Of a DNA stretch of 64,000 nt, positions 15,101 through 27,124 are shown piece after piece. Within the stretch, counting starts at the first letter, position 1. Each line of letters begins with the position of its first letter. The DNA comes from Trichoplax adhaerens (lineage: Eukaryota > Animalia > Placozoa). Location: the NCBI RefSeq assembly GCF_000150275.1, contig NW_002060944.1:7888735-7952734 (forward strand), in the 5' to 3' direction. The translations under genes and the position numbers were made by a program. Below the pieces are notes generated by a model. The model made no database searches and had not been told where the DNA came from. It saw nothing but the letters and a program-made list of their open reading frames with translations.

Positions 15101-18100
15101 AGTGATTAAGCAATTGTAATTTAACATTTTTCTGCTGGAAATAACCTTGGCTTTTCTTTTCGGCAATATGATGTAGATTATGATAATATCCATTTCTCTT
15201 TTAGGTTCTTACAGCATAATAATATTTCCTTTATTTCCAAACGATGCTTCACATTTTTGGCTTTAATTTCTGAAATTTTGTAAGCTATAAGTTTAGCTAA
15301 TTCATTAATTGTTCATCTGACATAAGCTATTTGAAGTCAAGAAGTTATGGATTGTCAAAGAAATAAATTTTAAATAGTATAACTTGAAAACCTCATATTT
15401 GAATAGGGACATCGGATTTAATGATTTTGCTAATAATATTCCGGATTTGATGGATAAACTACTCCATACAGATTTAAGAGTTACGAGGCTGTAAGTAAAT
15501 AAGAAGGTACACATTGCTGCAAATGATAGTGAAATAGCTATTAGCCTTGGATTGCATAATTGCAGCTTAATATAAGCAATCTTAAATCTCTAGTTAATTC
15601 TCGGTCTAAATAGGTTAAGTAAAATTATAATCTTATGACCGTACACTGATATAATTAAGAATCGACGCAAATACTTTTGAAGCTCCTGCTCTAATGAATA
15701 CTTGGGAAAAAATGATGATACTATACTAAGTATAGGTTGTTTAAATGCAGAATGTTATAATTTGTACGCGCATGTAACGAGTTTAATGATGAATGATTAC
15801 TTTTGATAATATATCTTAATTTTAAAATATATCAATATTATTTTATTAATAGAGGAATTAGTGGAAATGGTCTTAAAACGTTATGGAATAGCTTTAATAT
15901 AGGTCTGGTAAGGAAAGAAATTGGATTGTAAGTTAATCATAAAGAATTTATTCCTCTCATCAACTGTAGCACTTATTTTCGGTAAAATAAGCTTTCTCAA
16001 TGACTTTACTTATTCTGTATTGATATACAGAGATATCAGTTACAACAATTTACCAGCGATTGAAATTCTCAAGATCATCAACCACATCCATCCTCCATAT
16101 ATCTGTGATCACTACAAGCGGGCTGATCGACTTCATCATAATATTTTCGTCAAAAGCTGTTGGTTGATGTACTTGTTAGTAGGCTTAGTTGTGCATTTAA
16201 TATATAGATTATACAGAGCGTATATATCAAGCCGCTAAACTATATTTAATCTATCGTCAGTTCTACTATAAAAAAATTCTAGATTGATTAAGTTACATAA
16301 TTTTAACTTCTGCAGAGGTTTAAGCGGTTTACAACTAAAGCGCTTACCGTCTCCAAATTTACGACACCTGGAAGGTTATATAGCGGTTCTGTAAGTATAA
16401 CATTGTTCATTAAGTTAATAGGAATAACTTTGCTTATGCTTAGAGTATACTATGCAGATATTAAGGAGAGGAGTAGCTAGCTGATTTTAATCTGCAATAG
16501 AAAAGAATCTTAGTTATTGATTCAGCAAAAATCGAATTTGTTTATCAGTACTAATCAAATTTTAAATCTGAGAATAATTAAATTAAGCAAAGCATGGAAA
16601 ATTCGTATCACAAATTTGATCGGATAATTGTTATGCTTACCGAGAGTTTATGACTACATAAATTCAAAATTGATCGGTAAACGTGAGTAAAAAGGTTGTA
16701 GCTGGGTATTGCTATGAAGTAGTCATAATGATTTGTGATATAATCAGAAATGAACATTTCGAGTTAAAAGGAACAACGATACCAATAATATTTATTTATA
16801 TCATCTGAAGAATTATAAACGAATGTACTGTATATAGAGAAAAAGATCCAAGTTGCGGCGCAAATGGGTTAAAAACTGTAGCGTTTAACTCAGATCTATA
16901 TTTCGATAGAGGGGAAGGATCTTTACGAATAGTCCATACCTTCTTACCTCGTATCAATTCCATTCTGACAGATGGTTAGCGACTTAATAGATATGAAGTC
17001 ATAGTTGGAGCTCCTAAAATCTTTGAGCCTGAGTCTAGTTAAAATTCTAAATGAGCTAAGTTGAGAATGATGTGAATTAGCAGCTAGGGTACCTGTACCA
17101 CGATAGAACTTTGTGCACTTTTCCTAGTGTATTCAATGGAGGACAATATTGAATGAGATCATGAATATTTGACTATTTACCATAATTGTACCTGGAATTA
17201 CATGAATTGCGTACAGAGAAAAATATTTACATAAGAAGGCTCATTTAAATTTCCGTCCAGTTTCAACTTGGTAAATTTATCAAAATATTTTTCGTTTGCT
17301 TGATAGATGACCAAGAATTCCATGTGACATGCCATTAATAATTAATTAAAGATTCGAAATTTTTTTATTTTATTTGATATTATACAATTTAAAACAGAAG
17401 TATAAAGTTCCAACATTCACGTCTCTAAATTACTTATTGCTTAAGTTCGATTTTTAATTTACCTCGCATATAGTACTCTGAACAATAATTTTATCAAAGA
17501 ATTTGACGTTGAAGATTTCTTTTCTGGAAGCGATAGTAATCTCCTAGAATTGTAAGTCATAGAAAATGCTTATAAGGTTAAATGATTAGGACTGGGAAGT
17601 AATCTTCATTTGAGTATAGTAGAAGAATACAATGATTTTTCATCTATATCGATTTATCAGGCTTTATCTCATATATACTATGTTACTATTTGTGCCACTA
17701 TAAACATTCAGGCAGCTTGCTGGAAATAAACTTAAAAAGTTTACCAACCGGAAAAATTTTCGTTTTCTAAGCTTACTGTTATTGTAAGTAGCTATCACGC
17801 CTTATCGAAATAAAATGTTATTCTAATATATAAGAGTAGAACTCAAATTATTGATTTCCATATTTGCTATAATAATAGCCATCGATCTTAAAATTAAAAA
17901 TAACAGTTATAATATGATATATCTTAGTATTGATATGATGCTAAGGTTTAGAAGTATAAGAGATTTGTAGAAAATATTGAAGCAGGAATTTATCTTAGCT
18001 TTTGATAATTGTCTTATGACAGGAGCTCAAGACAAACTGACTGTAGGCTATGTTGCCTAAGTCTATAAGGATTTTGTATTAATAGCAAAGTCAATTTAAT

Positions 18101-20484
18101 TTTATTACTAGTTCTTAAAATTTAATTTTCCTGTTGATCGATTGGTTAATAGAATGTAGTTATAAACGAAGAACGTATAAAATTTGTTCGCATTGCTTAG
18201 CATCCTCTGAGAAGATTAAATTTATTCTTATTATCTGTACAACAACCTTATTAGTAGATGATTTAATCAAAATAAATTGTTTGTTTACCTAGAAATATAT
18301 CCGATAATAGCATTACTAACTTCTGCGATAATGCTTGGCAAAAATTTGCGCCAAAACTACGGAATGTGTAAGTATCAAAATCTGACGGAGTAAAGTAATT
18401 CTATATACATGATAATAGATTGGAAAGCAATTGTTTTTAAGTCGTGTCCATAAAATTTCGATCGCCACTTATTGATAAATTTTAAGGGAAAGTTTTCTGC
18501 TAAAAGTAGTAATCAGTATCTGATTTTAGATGCACACGAATATATATATTTATCTGTTACGGGCAATGTATGAAATTATGAAATTTAACATGTATATCTT
18601 TTATGGAAATGCTGCTAATTTTGTATGTAGATATGCGGATAGATCCAATATCAAGAAACTGTCTTCACGATGTTTGCAAAGATTGTCCAATCTTCGATTC
18701 CTGTATGCTACATTATCTGTTTAAAATACTTTCCCATATTATATGATTGATAGTTTATGCCGTGTAAATTGATATTTGTTTATGTGTAGATCATTAAAGG
18801 CGAATCCACTACTAACAATATCTGAAAAATCGCTATATGGACCTCAACAACTATCTACTGTGTAAGACTATTTGAAAGAAAGGGTTAAAAATGTATCAGT
18901 CATTTAATAGATTTATTCCGTCATCGTCCTAATAGTAGTCTTACCGACATTTTTTAAGTATTTTGTAACCATAATAGATTATGTTTCGTTACGTTATATT
19001 AAAAGGAAATTGAATATGTATTAAAGTGATTTATAATCTTACAACTGATAGCTTAGGATTACTTAGATATTCCGCTATTTTGTTACGATTAGATCTAAAG
19101 CAATGCAGCAATATACTATACTTCCGGTGCTAAAAAATGAGCTTCTTGAATTACAATATCATACCGTATTTGTCTATCACATGCAATTAAGTTAAAAAGT
19201 ACGATAGTTAATCATCTACTCCATGTTTGTTTTTTGGTTACAATTATTAATGCGTAAGAAGAACTCAGTAATTTTATCTTTCTATGTGGCAGTTTTACAT
19301 CTCGAGATTATTTCTGTTGCTTGGTACCTGCAAAAGTTACTGCATGCGAGCCGATTATCGTAGAATCACTGACTTCGTGTCAAAATCTGCTATCTCATTT
19401 ATCCTTAAGACTCTACATATGGATAATAGGTGGATTAGCGTTTATAGGAAATTTGTTGGTTTTACGTTTACATTGGATAAAACGGCACAGCAGTAGATCA
19501 AAAGGAACATCACAGCTTCTAATTATCAACCTAGCGGTATCGGACTTTCTAATGTCAATTTATTTACTAATAATTGCTATTAGTGATCAGATTCATGTGA
19601 ATAATTATGGCGTCCGTGCTGAAAGTTGGCTAAGAAGTCCAATTTGTGCATTAGCATTTTTCTTGGGCAGCTTATCTAGCATCATGTCTGTTATCTCGAT
19701 ATTACTAATTAGTGTTGATTTATATTTTCGCTGTACAAACCCGTTTAATTATCAGAATAGAAATTGCAGATCAGAAAAATTCAAAGTTACTGTTATTATA
19801 TTATGGTTAATTTGTATTATCTTTGTTGCAATACCAGCTGTAACTAGCACAAATGCCGCAGGTAATGATCGAATTTATAAATATAGTAGCATTTGTATGC
19901 CAAGTAATGTAGAAGATGCATTTTATCGAAGTTGGATCACAATTGCTACAGTCTGTATGGTTTGTATTTGGTTAACGACATGCATATTGTATGCACTAGT
20001 ACTTTTGAAAGTTCACCAAAGTAGCCAATCTGTTCATAAGTCGGCCCAATTAGATCGAAAATTAGCAAGGAAATTGTTTTTAATTTTATTTACGGACTTA
20101 ATATCATGGCTGCCTTATTATATACTTATTTTTAAAGTGATTTTGACCGGTAGGATCGATATTTTTACGTTAAAATTTGTTATTATACTCACATTACCTA
20201 TGAATTCAGCTCTCAATCCGTACCTTTATAGTTTTACTTGTCCTACATCACCAGGTAGAGCTTTATTGTCTATCCGTAAGAGCTTTTCAGGGAGATTGCG
20301 GGATTATTACTCGGATCCATTGCGCCAAGTTAATCATTATTTCTTCAAGTGTAATGATAATAATGATCCTCAAAATAATTTAGAAGGACCTGATGTTAAT
20401 ATCACACTAAATAATACAGAGTGTTTACAAACTGTTGATAGAGAAGAAGTTGTTAAGCGGACTCTTCGAGAATCAAATGTGTAA
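1068..20484 (+). CDS. Giant LRR-containing rhodopsin-class GPCR (LGR; RXFP/GRL101-like hinge and 7TM), ~50 exons, roughly 1600 aa
   Basis: LRRNT exon 1068-1212 (CPSECVCETSVIKC). Then 48 AG/GT-bounded exons, mostly 72 bp, each encoding xLxxNxIxxLxxxxFxxLxxLxxL (e.g. 2001-2072, 2202-2273, 2683-2754, 8484-8555, 9231-9302, 14603-14674, 18790-18861). Terminal exon 19293-20484: FTSRDYFCC..CEP..SCQNLL hinge, GNLLV, LAVSDFLM, FTDLISWLP, NSALNPYLY. The first exon/signal peptide is unresolved (in-phase candidate 906-987 is not hydrophobic). Confidence 0.9.
1222..1397. repeat. Diverged tandem duplication, ~99 bp period
   Basis: TTTAGACTGTTT..GTACTGTTGAT..ATTTGAATTAAGCTTT occurs at 1222 and 1321. Confidence 0.7.
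1589..1928 (+). mobile_element. Solo-LTR-like repeat in LGR intron 1
   Basis: TGTAAG start, GTGCAC ~30 bp in, TATAAAAAGCCGAGC (cf. TATAAAAGACCGAGC near 21027), AATAAA, and end GAGATTTGTAACA (cf. GAGATTTGTGACA at 21272). Confidence 0.55.
6048..6135. repeat. Assembly gap (6048-6097) followed by (AT)n microsatellite
   Basis: 50 N followed by an ATATAT run. Confidence 0.95.
6186..6548 (-). mobile_element. Solo-LTR-like element in LGR intron
   Basis: TGTCAT...ATAACA termini, reverse AATAAA near 6336, reverse CTATAAAT near 6505, G-poor + strand. No target-site duplication seen. Confidence 0.4.
12786..13096 (-). mobile_element. Solo-LTR-like element in LGR intron
   Basis: TGTGATGG...CCATAACA imperfect inverted termini, reverse AATAAA near 12871, reverse CTATAAATACC near 13022-13032. 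May extend to 13288. Confidence 0.4.
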
Positions 20485-20629
20485 ATTCTGTATAAAGCTG
20501 TGATATACATTTTCTAGGATCAATTAGAAATAAATGTTGCCATTAGATTTCTGACAAGACTGTAAAGTGGCGTGATGCAATTCTGTATTCTTAATGGAAA
20601 AGATTATTCAAAATTAAGTGAAATCGTTA

Positions 20630-20919
20630 TGTTACGAGCTAGGAATAGCCCTAACTTGCGACAAAGATTGAGAGAGTGATTTCTACCATTTACTACTGTT
20701 ATTTGGAATACGAAATAATTGGTATTCCAAGGCAGATAGGGTTTAATACAGGGATACCTTCAAGACTTACTAGAAAATCACAATCTAATTTATTATCGGC
20801 GAACTCGCCGTTTATATAGATTTCGGACCTAAAACCAGTTTAGCTACACACGTCACCTCGTCTATTAGAAATTAACTAAATTAATACCCTAAAGAGATCC
20901 TATTAAATTTACTGTAACA
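20630..20919 (-). mobile_element. Solo-LTR-like repeat downstream of the LGR gene
   Basis: TGTTAC...GTAACA termini. The minus-strand start TGTTACAGTAAATTTAAT is identical over 18 nt to the start at 61662. Reverse TATA and AATAAA near 20790-20820. Confidence 0.55.
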
Positions 20920-21272
20920 ATATTAAAATAATCTGAAGGGTCTAGTGCACAGTTGTGACTATAGTAACCTATACAATTTGTGGAAGGAGCAATTTACTAG
21001 TATACCCCACAAATGAGTGGGGATGGTATAAAAGACCGAGCGAATTGCCATTCGCTAGCAGTAGTCGCTCCGGGCTAGGACAAACTAGTAGAGACTAGAA
21101 ATCAGAAGACTGGTGAATAAAAAGTGCTAGTGGTTTGAAAGAAACCTGAGTAGTTGTGTGACTGCGAGGAAAGAGTTAGTTTCCCCTTAGAAGAAGACTT
21201 CCAAGTTAGTGGAAGACATACACAATTACTATAGCACCTGACATAACCCAATCGCAAGTGAGATTTGTGACA
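20913..21272 (+). mobile_element. Solo-LTR-like repeat, head-to-head with the previous copy
   Basis: TGTAACA...TGTGACA, GTGCAC ~33 bp in, TATAAAAG near 21027, AATAAA near 21116. Confidence 0.55.
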
Positions 21273-21368
21273 ATTCCTTAACGTACATATTACAAATTAT
21301 TTTTCTTATTGTGGTTGATAAAGCGAGAATACAGATGATAGACGCCCTATCGAACATATTATAAAGTA

Positions 21369-22740
21369 CTAGTACAAACTCCCGTCGCTTTGCTGACGGT
21401 TTACGATAATGTGCTCATTTAACAGATAGTATTACCATTTGATAGACGTGTCAGATAATCAAAGTCATTTAACAGTAGTATAAATACCCCCACGCTGCTC
21501 ATTTCAAGGGTGGGTGAGCGGCATTTTGATCGTAGTTGATAATGTGCTTTTTTAGTGTACTGTCAGGTTATAATGAGCGGATATAGCATACTGGAACTGG
21601 TGAAATACTGCGCAATGATATGTGTGTACAAATTAGGAAATTATTGAAGTTGTATTACTCCACGATCATGTTCATCTTTGGTCAATTCATTAATCGTATT
21701 GTAAAAGTGGAGTAATACTACATTCATTTACGCTACCTAAGTTGTATCGCACGAAAATATCCCTTGATCGCCTCAGTCGGTCATTGAAATTTATATGAGT
21801 ATACGTGCAATATTGTTGTTATTGCATCCAATTACGAAGAGATCTGTAAAGTATGGGATACGATTATAACTACGATACGTCTATACAGAAAGCATAAAAT
21901 ACAGTCTGTTTCTTCCGTCAATGCTTTATCAATTTTTAGTTTACGATACGCATAATTCACTTTACTGCACAATTGACTGATTTTACGTTAGTTATACTTT
22001 GGTGTCTTTTGTTGAACCAATTTAAAGGAGACATTACTCCATGAGCCATTTTTCTCTTGTTATCTTTAGTCCATTCATTAATGGAGTTCAGTATGGTAAT
22101 AAAGTATTTCACTTTTACGCTATCGAAGTTGTGTCTGACAAAATATCGCCTCAGTCGGCCATCTCTACTTGTATACGTGTAATGTAATGTTGTTTGGTCT
22201 TCAAGAAAGCGATTCATATTTTATGTTGGTCATTGACTTTATTGATGATATATCACGACACGAGACACTGAGGGCAAAAATTGCCTTTTTACATACCGTT
22301 GGGAAAAGATATCAAGTCTATACGCGTACTACTAGTACGTCGATATAGAAAGTATACAGTAAAACATGTTTCTTCCATCAATGCTTTATCCAGAATGTTT
22401 TATCCATTTTAGTTTCCATACCGTTGGGGAAAGATATCAAATCTATACGCGTACTACTAGTACGTCGATATAGAAAGTATACAGTAAAACATATTTCTTC
22501 CGTCAATGCTATATCCAGAATGTTTTATCCATTTTAGTTTCCATACTGTTCGGAAAAGATATCAAGTCTATACGCGCACTACTAGTACGTCGACATAGAA
22601 AGCATACAGTAAAACATGTTTCTTCCGTCAATGCTTTATCCAAAATGTTGTATCAATTTTAGTTTAATGCACCCTTAATTCACTTTCACTGCACCGATTT
22701 ACGCTAGTTCTATTTTGTTGAAATAATTGATTTATTGAAC
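21369..22740 (-). mobile_element. Non-autonomous Helitron-like element (5' end unresolved)
   Basis: Minus strand ends CCGTCAGC-AAA-GCGACGG (hairpin) GAGTTTGTA-CTAG|T, the canonical Helitron 3' terminus. The interior is made of nested duplications and a minisatellite. Confidence 0.6.
22292..22665. repeat. Minisatellite, 125 bp x3
   Basis: Units start at 22292, 22417 and 22542 (CATACCGTTGGGAAAAGATATCAAGTCTATACGCG...). A diverged partial copy lies near 21885-21990. Confidence 0.92.
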
Positions 22741-22831
22741 ACAGACATCAACATAAATCTCCAATATCAGCATGATTGGATTGTCAGATTGAGCATGCTC
22801 ATCCGTCAATGGGAGTAACATGGGGGTTGGC

Positions 22832-22996
22832 GTACAGTACAGTACAGTACAGTACAGTACACTACAATACAGTACATCATACTGTACATCATACTGTACA
22901 AGTGTACAGTAGTCGAACTGTGCTGTACAGTATACTGTACGGTACAGTACAGTATGCAGCAGTGTTAAGGTACAACACAGTAACTACAGTACTATA
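22832..22996. repeat. (CAGTA)n/TACTG low-complexity tract upstream of SLC25 paralog 1
   Basis: GTACAGTACAGTACAG... followed by degenerate TACTGTAC units. Confidence 0.85.
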
Positions 22997-23284
22997 CGTT
23001 AGTTAGAAACAGTCGTTATTAATATTAAGGGAAATTAATTAATAAAATAATTAATTAATCAGAATTGCTGCATGTGTCGTATGATGGTGGAAGAAGAAAG
23101 CTGCCCTTGTTGTTCCAGTCTTGATCGATGTGGGCACTAGATAGTGTAGTTGCAGAGATTTTATGCCAATCCAACCCTCTGTACTCGTTGTCGCTCCAAT
23201 TTCAACCTCCAGTTTTCATCTAGTGATTAGTCAAATACTGTACGCTTGTTATTGAATTACTCATTTCTTCATTACTTCAAAGTC

Positions 23285-26200
23285 ATGAAGGAATCATCTG
23301 ATCATCAAGGCAATGGCGATCTGACGTCATTTTCATCGATTCCCCCAAGCCAGCGGATGATTTCTGCTTGTGCTGGAGCCTTTTTTGCATCGTTATTAAG
23401 TAAGTAACTGCCATTTGAAGAAGTAATAGAATTAATGATTGTCATCGCTTTTGATCCATCACCCTCTCAACGAGACATCGTTACAGTAGTCACTAGCGGC
23501 CATACTGAAAATTCACGCTCGATAAAAATATAGTTCATAAACATGCAAATAGCGTTATTTGTGACATATTCATTTCAATCGACGATCAAAGTCTTCATGG
23601 TAGAGATATCCAATGAATACGCTAATTTACAGTACATCTACATGTTATTTTGCTTTTCGAATTACTGTACAATCGCATTTTCCACTTTACATAAAAGTAT
23701 AGTGTAGCATGCAATAATAGGAAAATTCCAGGCTATGTGCCGTTGCATTGGTAAAAAGTTATTACCATCGTTAGGCTTAATCAATTGCGGTCTACCATGG
23801 TCAAAACAAAGACTTATTACCCTAAATTTCTCTCTATATAGAATACCCATCAGCATGCATGATTGAAGAATAAACGATTACTTACTTACTCGACGATAGT
23901 ACAGTACAGTATTGTTATAGTTGCCGTGCTGAAATAGTGCTTAAAATACTACTGTATGAATTGTAATCCAATTATATGATTGCATTGCATGTGCTTGTAC
24001 TCTGTACAAATCCCTGGATCGCGAGAAGGCGTTTACCTTATTAGCGTAATTTTAATACTCTGAAATATCGGGCTTAGTAAATCAACAATATATCGGCCAC
24101 GAAAGTCTCTTGTTGACGTATACTGTTTACGAGTAATAACAACTAGAAATGCAGCGGACGCGAAGAAATTCCGTCAATGTTGAGATGAATTAATTATCAC
24201 CTATACAAAGCAGTGATTGTATATTTCTGATTTGTTGCATAAAAATAGTTACTCCATTTGATGTAGTCAAGACCAGGATTCAAGCAGATCAGAAATTGAT
24301 TAAAAGTGGTAAATATGGATTATAAGCAACGCTATTGTTTGTAAATGATTTAAAATGATACTTGTTGTTGATATCTATACTACATTTATTGAATATTTTC
24401 ATCTTAATGTTTGAAGACTTGTAAATAGTAAAAGCATGCATGTAGTATTTTCAAACGATTATTTGGACATATCAAAATTTAAATTTACAGTATTACACTA
24501 AACATGACCATGTTATATGATTTACCGTTTGGTTGTATTTCCTTTATGGATAAACATGAATAGAACTTTCATTTAGTTATTAGTCCTGTAGATAATGATT
24601 GTAGTATCTTGGAACAATTAATTAGACCGATCAATCTTTCGGATCTTTCTAGATGTTTGTTGCTTAGAGTCAATAGTACGACTTTAAACATGCAGTCCCT
24701 TTTAGTTCTTTCTAAATATCATAATACGTTGCAATTGTCGCTATACGTATCTGTCATAACGCTACAATTGCTTTTACTACGAGTAGATTTTAAGTAATTT
24801 CTACAAGTGTTAGTGGCTGGTATTCAATCATCGAGTGATCGCTGATAACATACTAAAGTAAATGAATTAAGATTCAAATATGTTCGTGTACGTTATACGA
24901 GTACAATCTATAGTAATCCTACTTGACATAATTCATTCGTACTCATGTACTTATATTCATTGCATAAGCTAGGTAGTTCTACTGTAATTTGCTCGGACTT
25001 TAAAATGAATCGAAGAGCTCCTATTAAAATACGTTTTTGTTATTCAAATGTTAAACAATTTGACTTTCTTAAACATATTCTTGTTTATTAGATTCGTATT
25101 TATATTGAGCTTTGCCTGGTAAAGCTTGTCATTGGGATGCTTATTTTGCTGTATTTTCTTATTGCATTAATTAGATAAAATTGTCTTTTTTCGAAATGGA
25201 GTCCTAAGTCAAGTTTGCCCAATATGTCCCGCTGGTCCCAGTCATTGCGAACATCAAGTCAACATTACCAGCCGAGCTACGGCTATGGTATGTAATTTTT
25301 ATTAACGAATATTGACATTTAATTGAACATTGCGGCTCGATGCTAATTGATCGGTTATGGGGTCTCCCGTTAAACGGAATTCAAATTTAATGATAACAGT
25401 ATATCTGTAAAATTGGATATTTTTCGGTGATAAATGTCAATTATCGTCGTAATGTTTCTACCTTTATTTCTTGAAAAATCTCAGGAAACTGCGTTCAATA
25501 TTGCAAAAAGTGAAGGAACATTTGGTTTATGGAGAGGATTATCGCCAACTGTGTAAGATATCATTTTACTTTTCTTAAGACCTGTACTACAGGATTAATT
25601 CCTTTCTCTTGCTCACTTTTCTTGGCTGTATGAATGTTACACAAAAATCTTCTTACATCATAAATTTGTTAACACGAATTATGTATCATTGAAATGCTGA
25701 TTATTTTGTTTCCCAAATTAGAATGATGGTGGTGCCTGCTACTGTCATCTACTATACTGGCTATGATTTCTTAAAGGATAGGCTATCTTTTCGTCTTGGT
25801 TCCTATAAAGATGTACTTGCACCAATGATTGCTGGAGTAACAGCGCGTAGTAAGTCGTTAATTTACGGAGTAATTACTGAATTAGTCATCTTTAAGTGAT
25901 AATAACTTCAGAGATGTCCGATATTATATAATTTAATACTTTTAACTAGTTTTTCTTGAATTTAAATTTCTACTTTTGTATGGATTGTTGAACTTATCTA
26001 GAGATTTAAATGTTTATGTCATTACAGCTACGACAGTCTTAATGGTTTCGCCTATTGAATTAATGAGAACTAAGATCCAAGCCAAAGAAGGGTATAGTTA
26101 TAGAGGCGAGTAAAATTACTGCTAACGTACTTATGCATCCCTATTATCATTGCAGTTAATCGAACGACCTCCAGTTCCTAAATTCTGTATACCTTGCTTT

Positions 26201-27124
26201 ATTAGAAATGGCTAGCATTGTGAAAAATGCCGTCAAACAAAGTGGGGCATCGTCTCTTTGGCGAGGACTAGGGCCCACACTTCTGCGCGATGTACCTTTT
26301 TCTGGTGGGTGTTATAAGATTCATTTCCAAAATTTACTTTATATACAGTTATTCTTGTTTACGAATCTTAATTAGCTAATAGTGATTACCTTAATAACAT
26401 AAACAATCCCGATTAATAGCATGTTATTGGGCTGGCTATGAATACTTTAAGCGTAAACTTTCACGGTCTGTGGGTGAGAAAAATCGAAACATCGCTACGT
26501 TTGCAGCCGGTGCTATTTCCGGATCGGTAAGCTATTCGTTCCCATAGTAGTGTAGGTAACTAGATTTTTAATGTAAAAGTATACCATGTATAAATCATTA
26601 ATGCGATAAGATGTAAGCGTGTCTTAATCGCCAATAGAAATCTGTTATGGTAAAGTTCTACAATAAAGATGGTCTTTAATTATAATGATGCAATAGATTG
26701 TTGCTACTGCCACGACTCCCTTTGATGTCGTCAAGACTCGTTTACAGGTTGACATGGGAGAAAATTTTGCAGGTATAAATATTTGGCTTGATTGTGCTAT
26801 ACCTAGCTTTATATTGTTTTTGTGTACTAAAAAATGTAATTAATTTGGATTGATAATAGAAAAGCAAAAAATTCCGTCCACTTGGAGTGTTATCAGAGAT
26901 ATCTGGAAATTACATGGATGGAACGGTTTATTTGCAGGTGCATTAATGGAAAGATTGACAAGTATGATATTATGTGGTTGTAGGCATAAATGATTAAAAT
27001 CAAGATAACTTTTTCTTCAGGTGTAACTGCTCGTGTCGCCAAGATTACGCCCGCATGTGCTATCATGATAGGTAGCTATGAATTTTGTAAAGACTTTTTT
27101 GTGAAAAGAAACCGTTCTCGATAA
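23285..27124 (+). CDS. SLC25A40: Mitochondrial carrier, SLC25A39/A40 (glutathione transporter)-like, paralog 1; 11 exons
   Basis: Exons encode IPPSQRMISACAGA, ITPFDVVKTRIQ, GLWRGLSPT, VPATVIYYTGYD, SPIELMRTKIQ, LWRGLGPTLLRDVPFS, YWAGYE, TPFDVVKTRLQ and RVAKITPACAIMIGSYE; stop TAA 27122-27124. The symbol denotes the A39/A40 orthogroup. Confidence 0.92.

Noticed and set aside
19093-19165. Possible extra LRR exon (LRLDLKQCSNIL)
   Set aside because: In-frame stop and no phase-compatible donor. Exon 18790-18861 splices cleanly to 19293.
19321-20484. ORF-track 387-aa stand-alone GPCR
   Set aside because: The listed start is a TTG inside the terminal exon, which begins at 19293 and joins the LRR exons.
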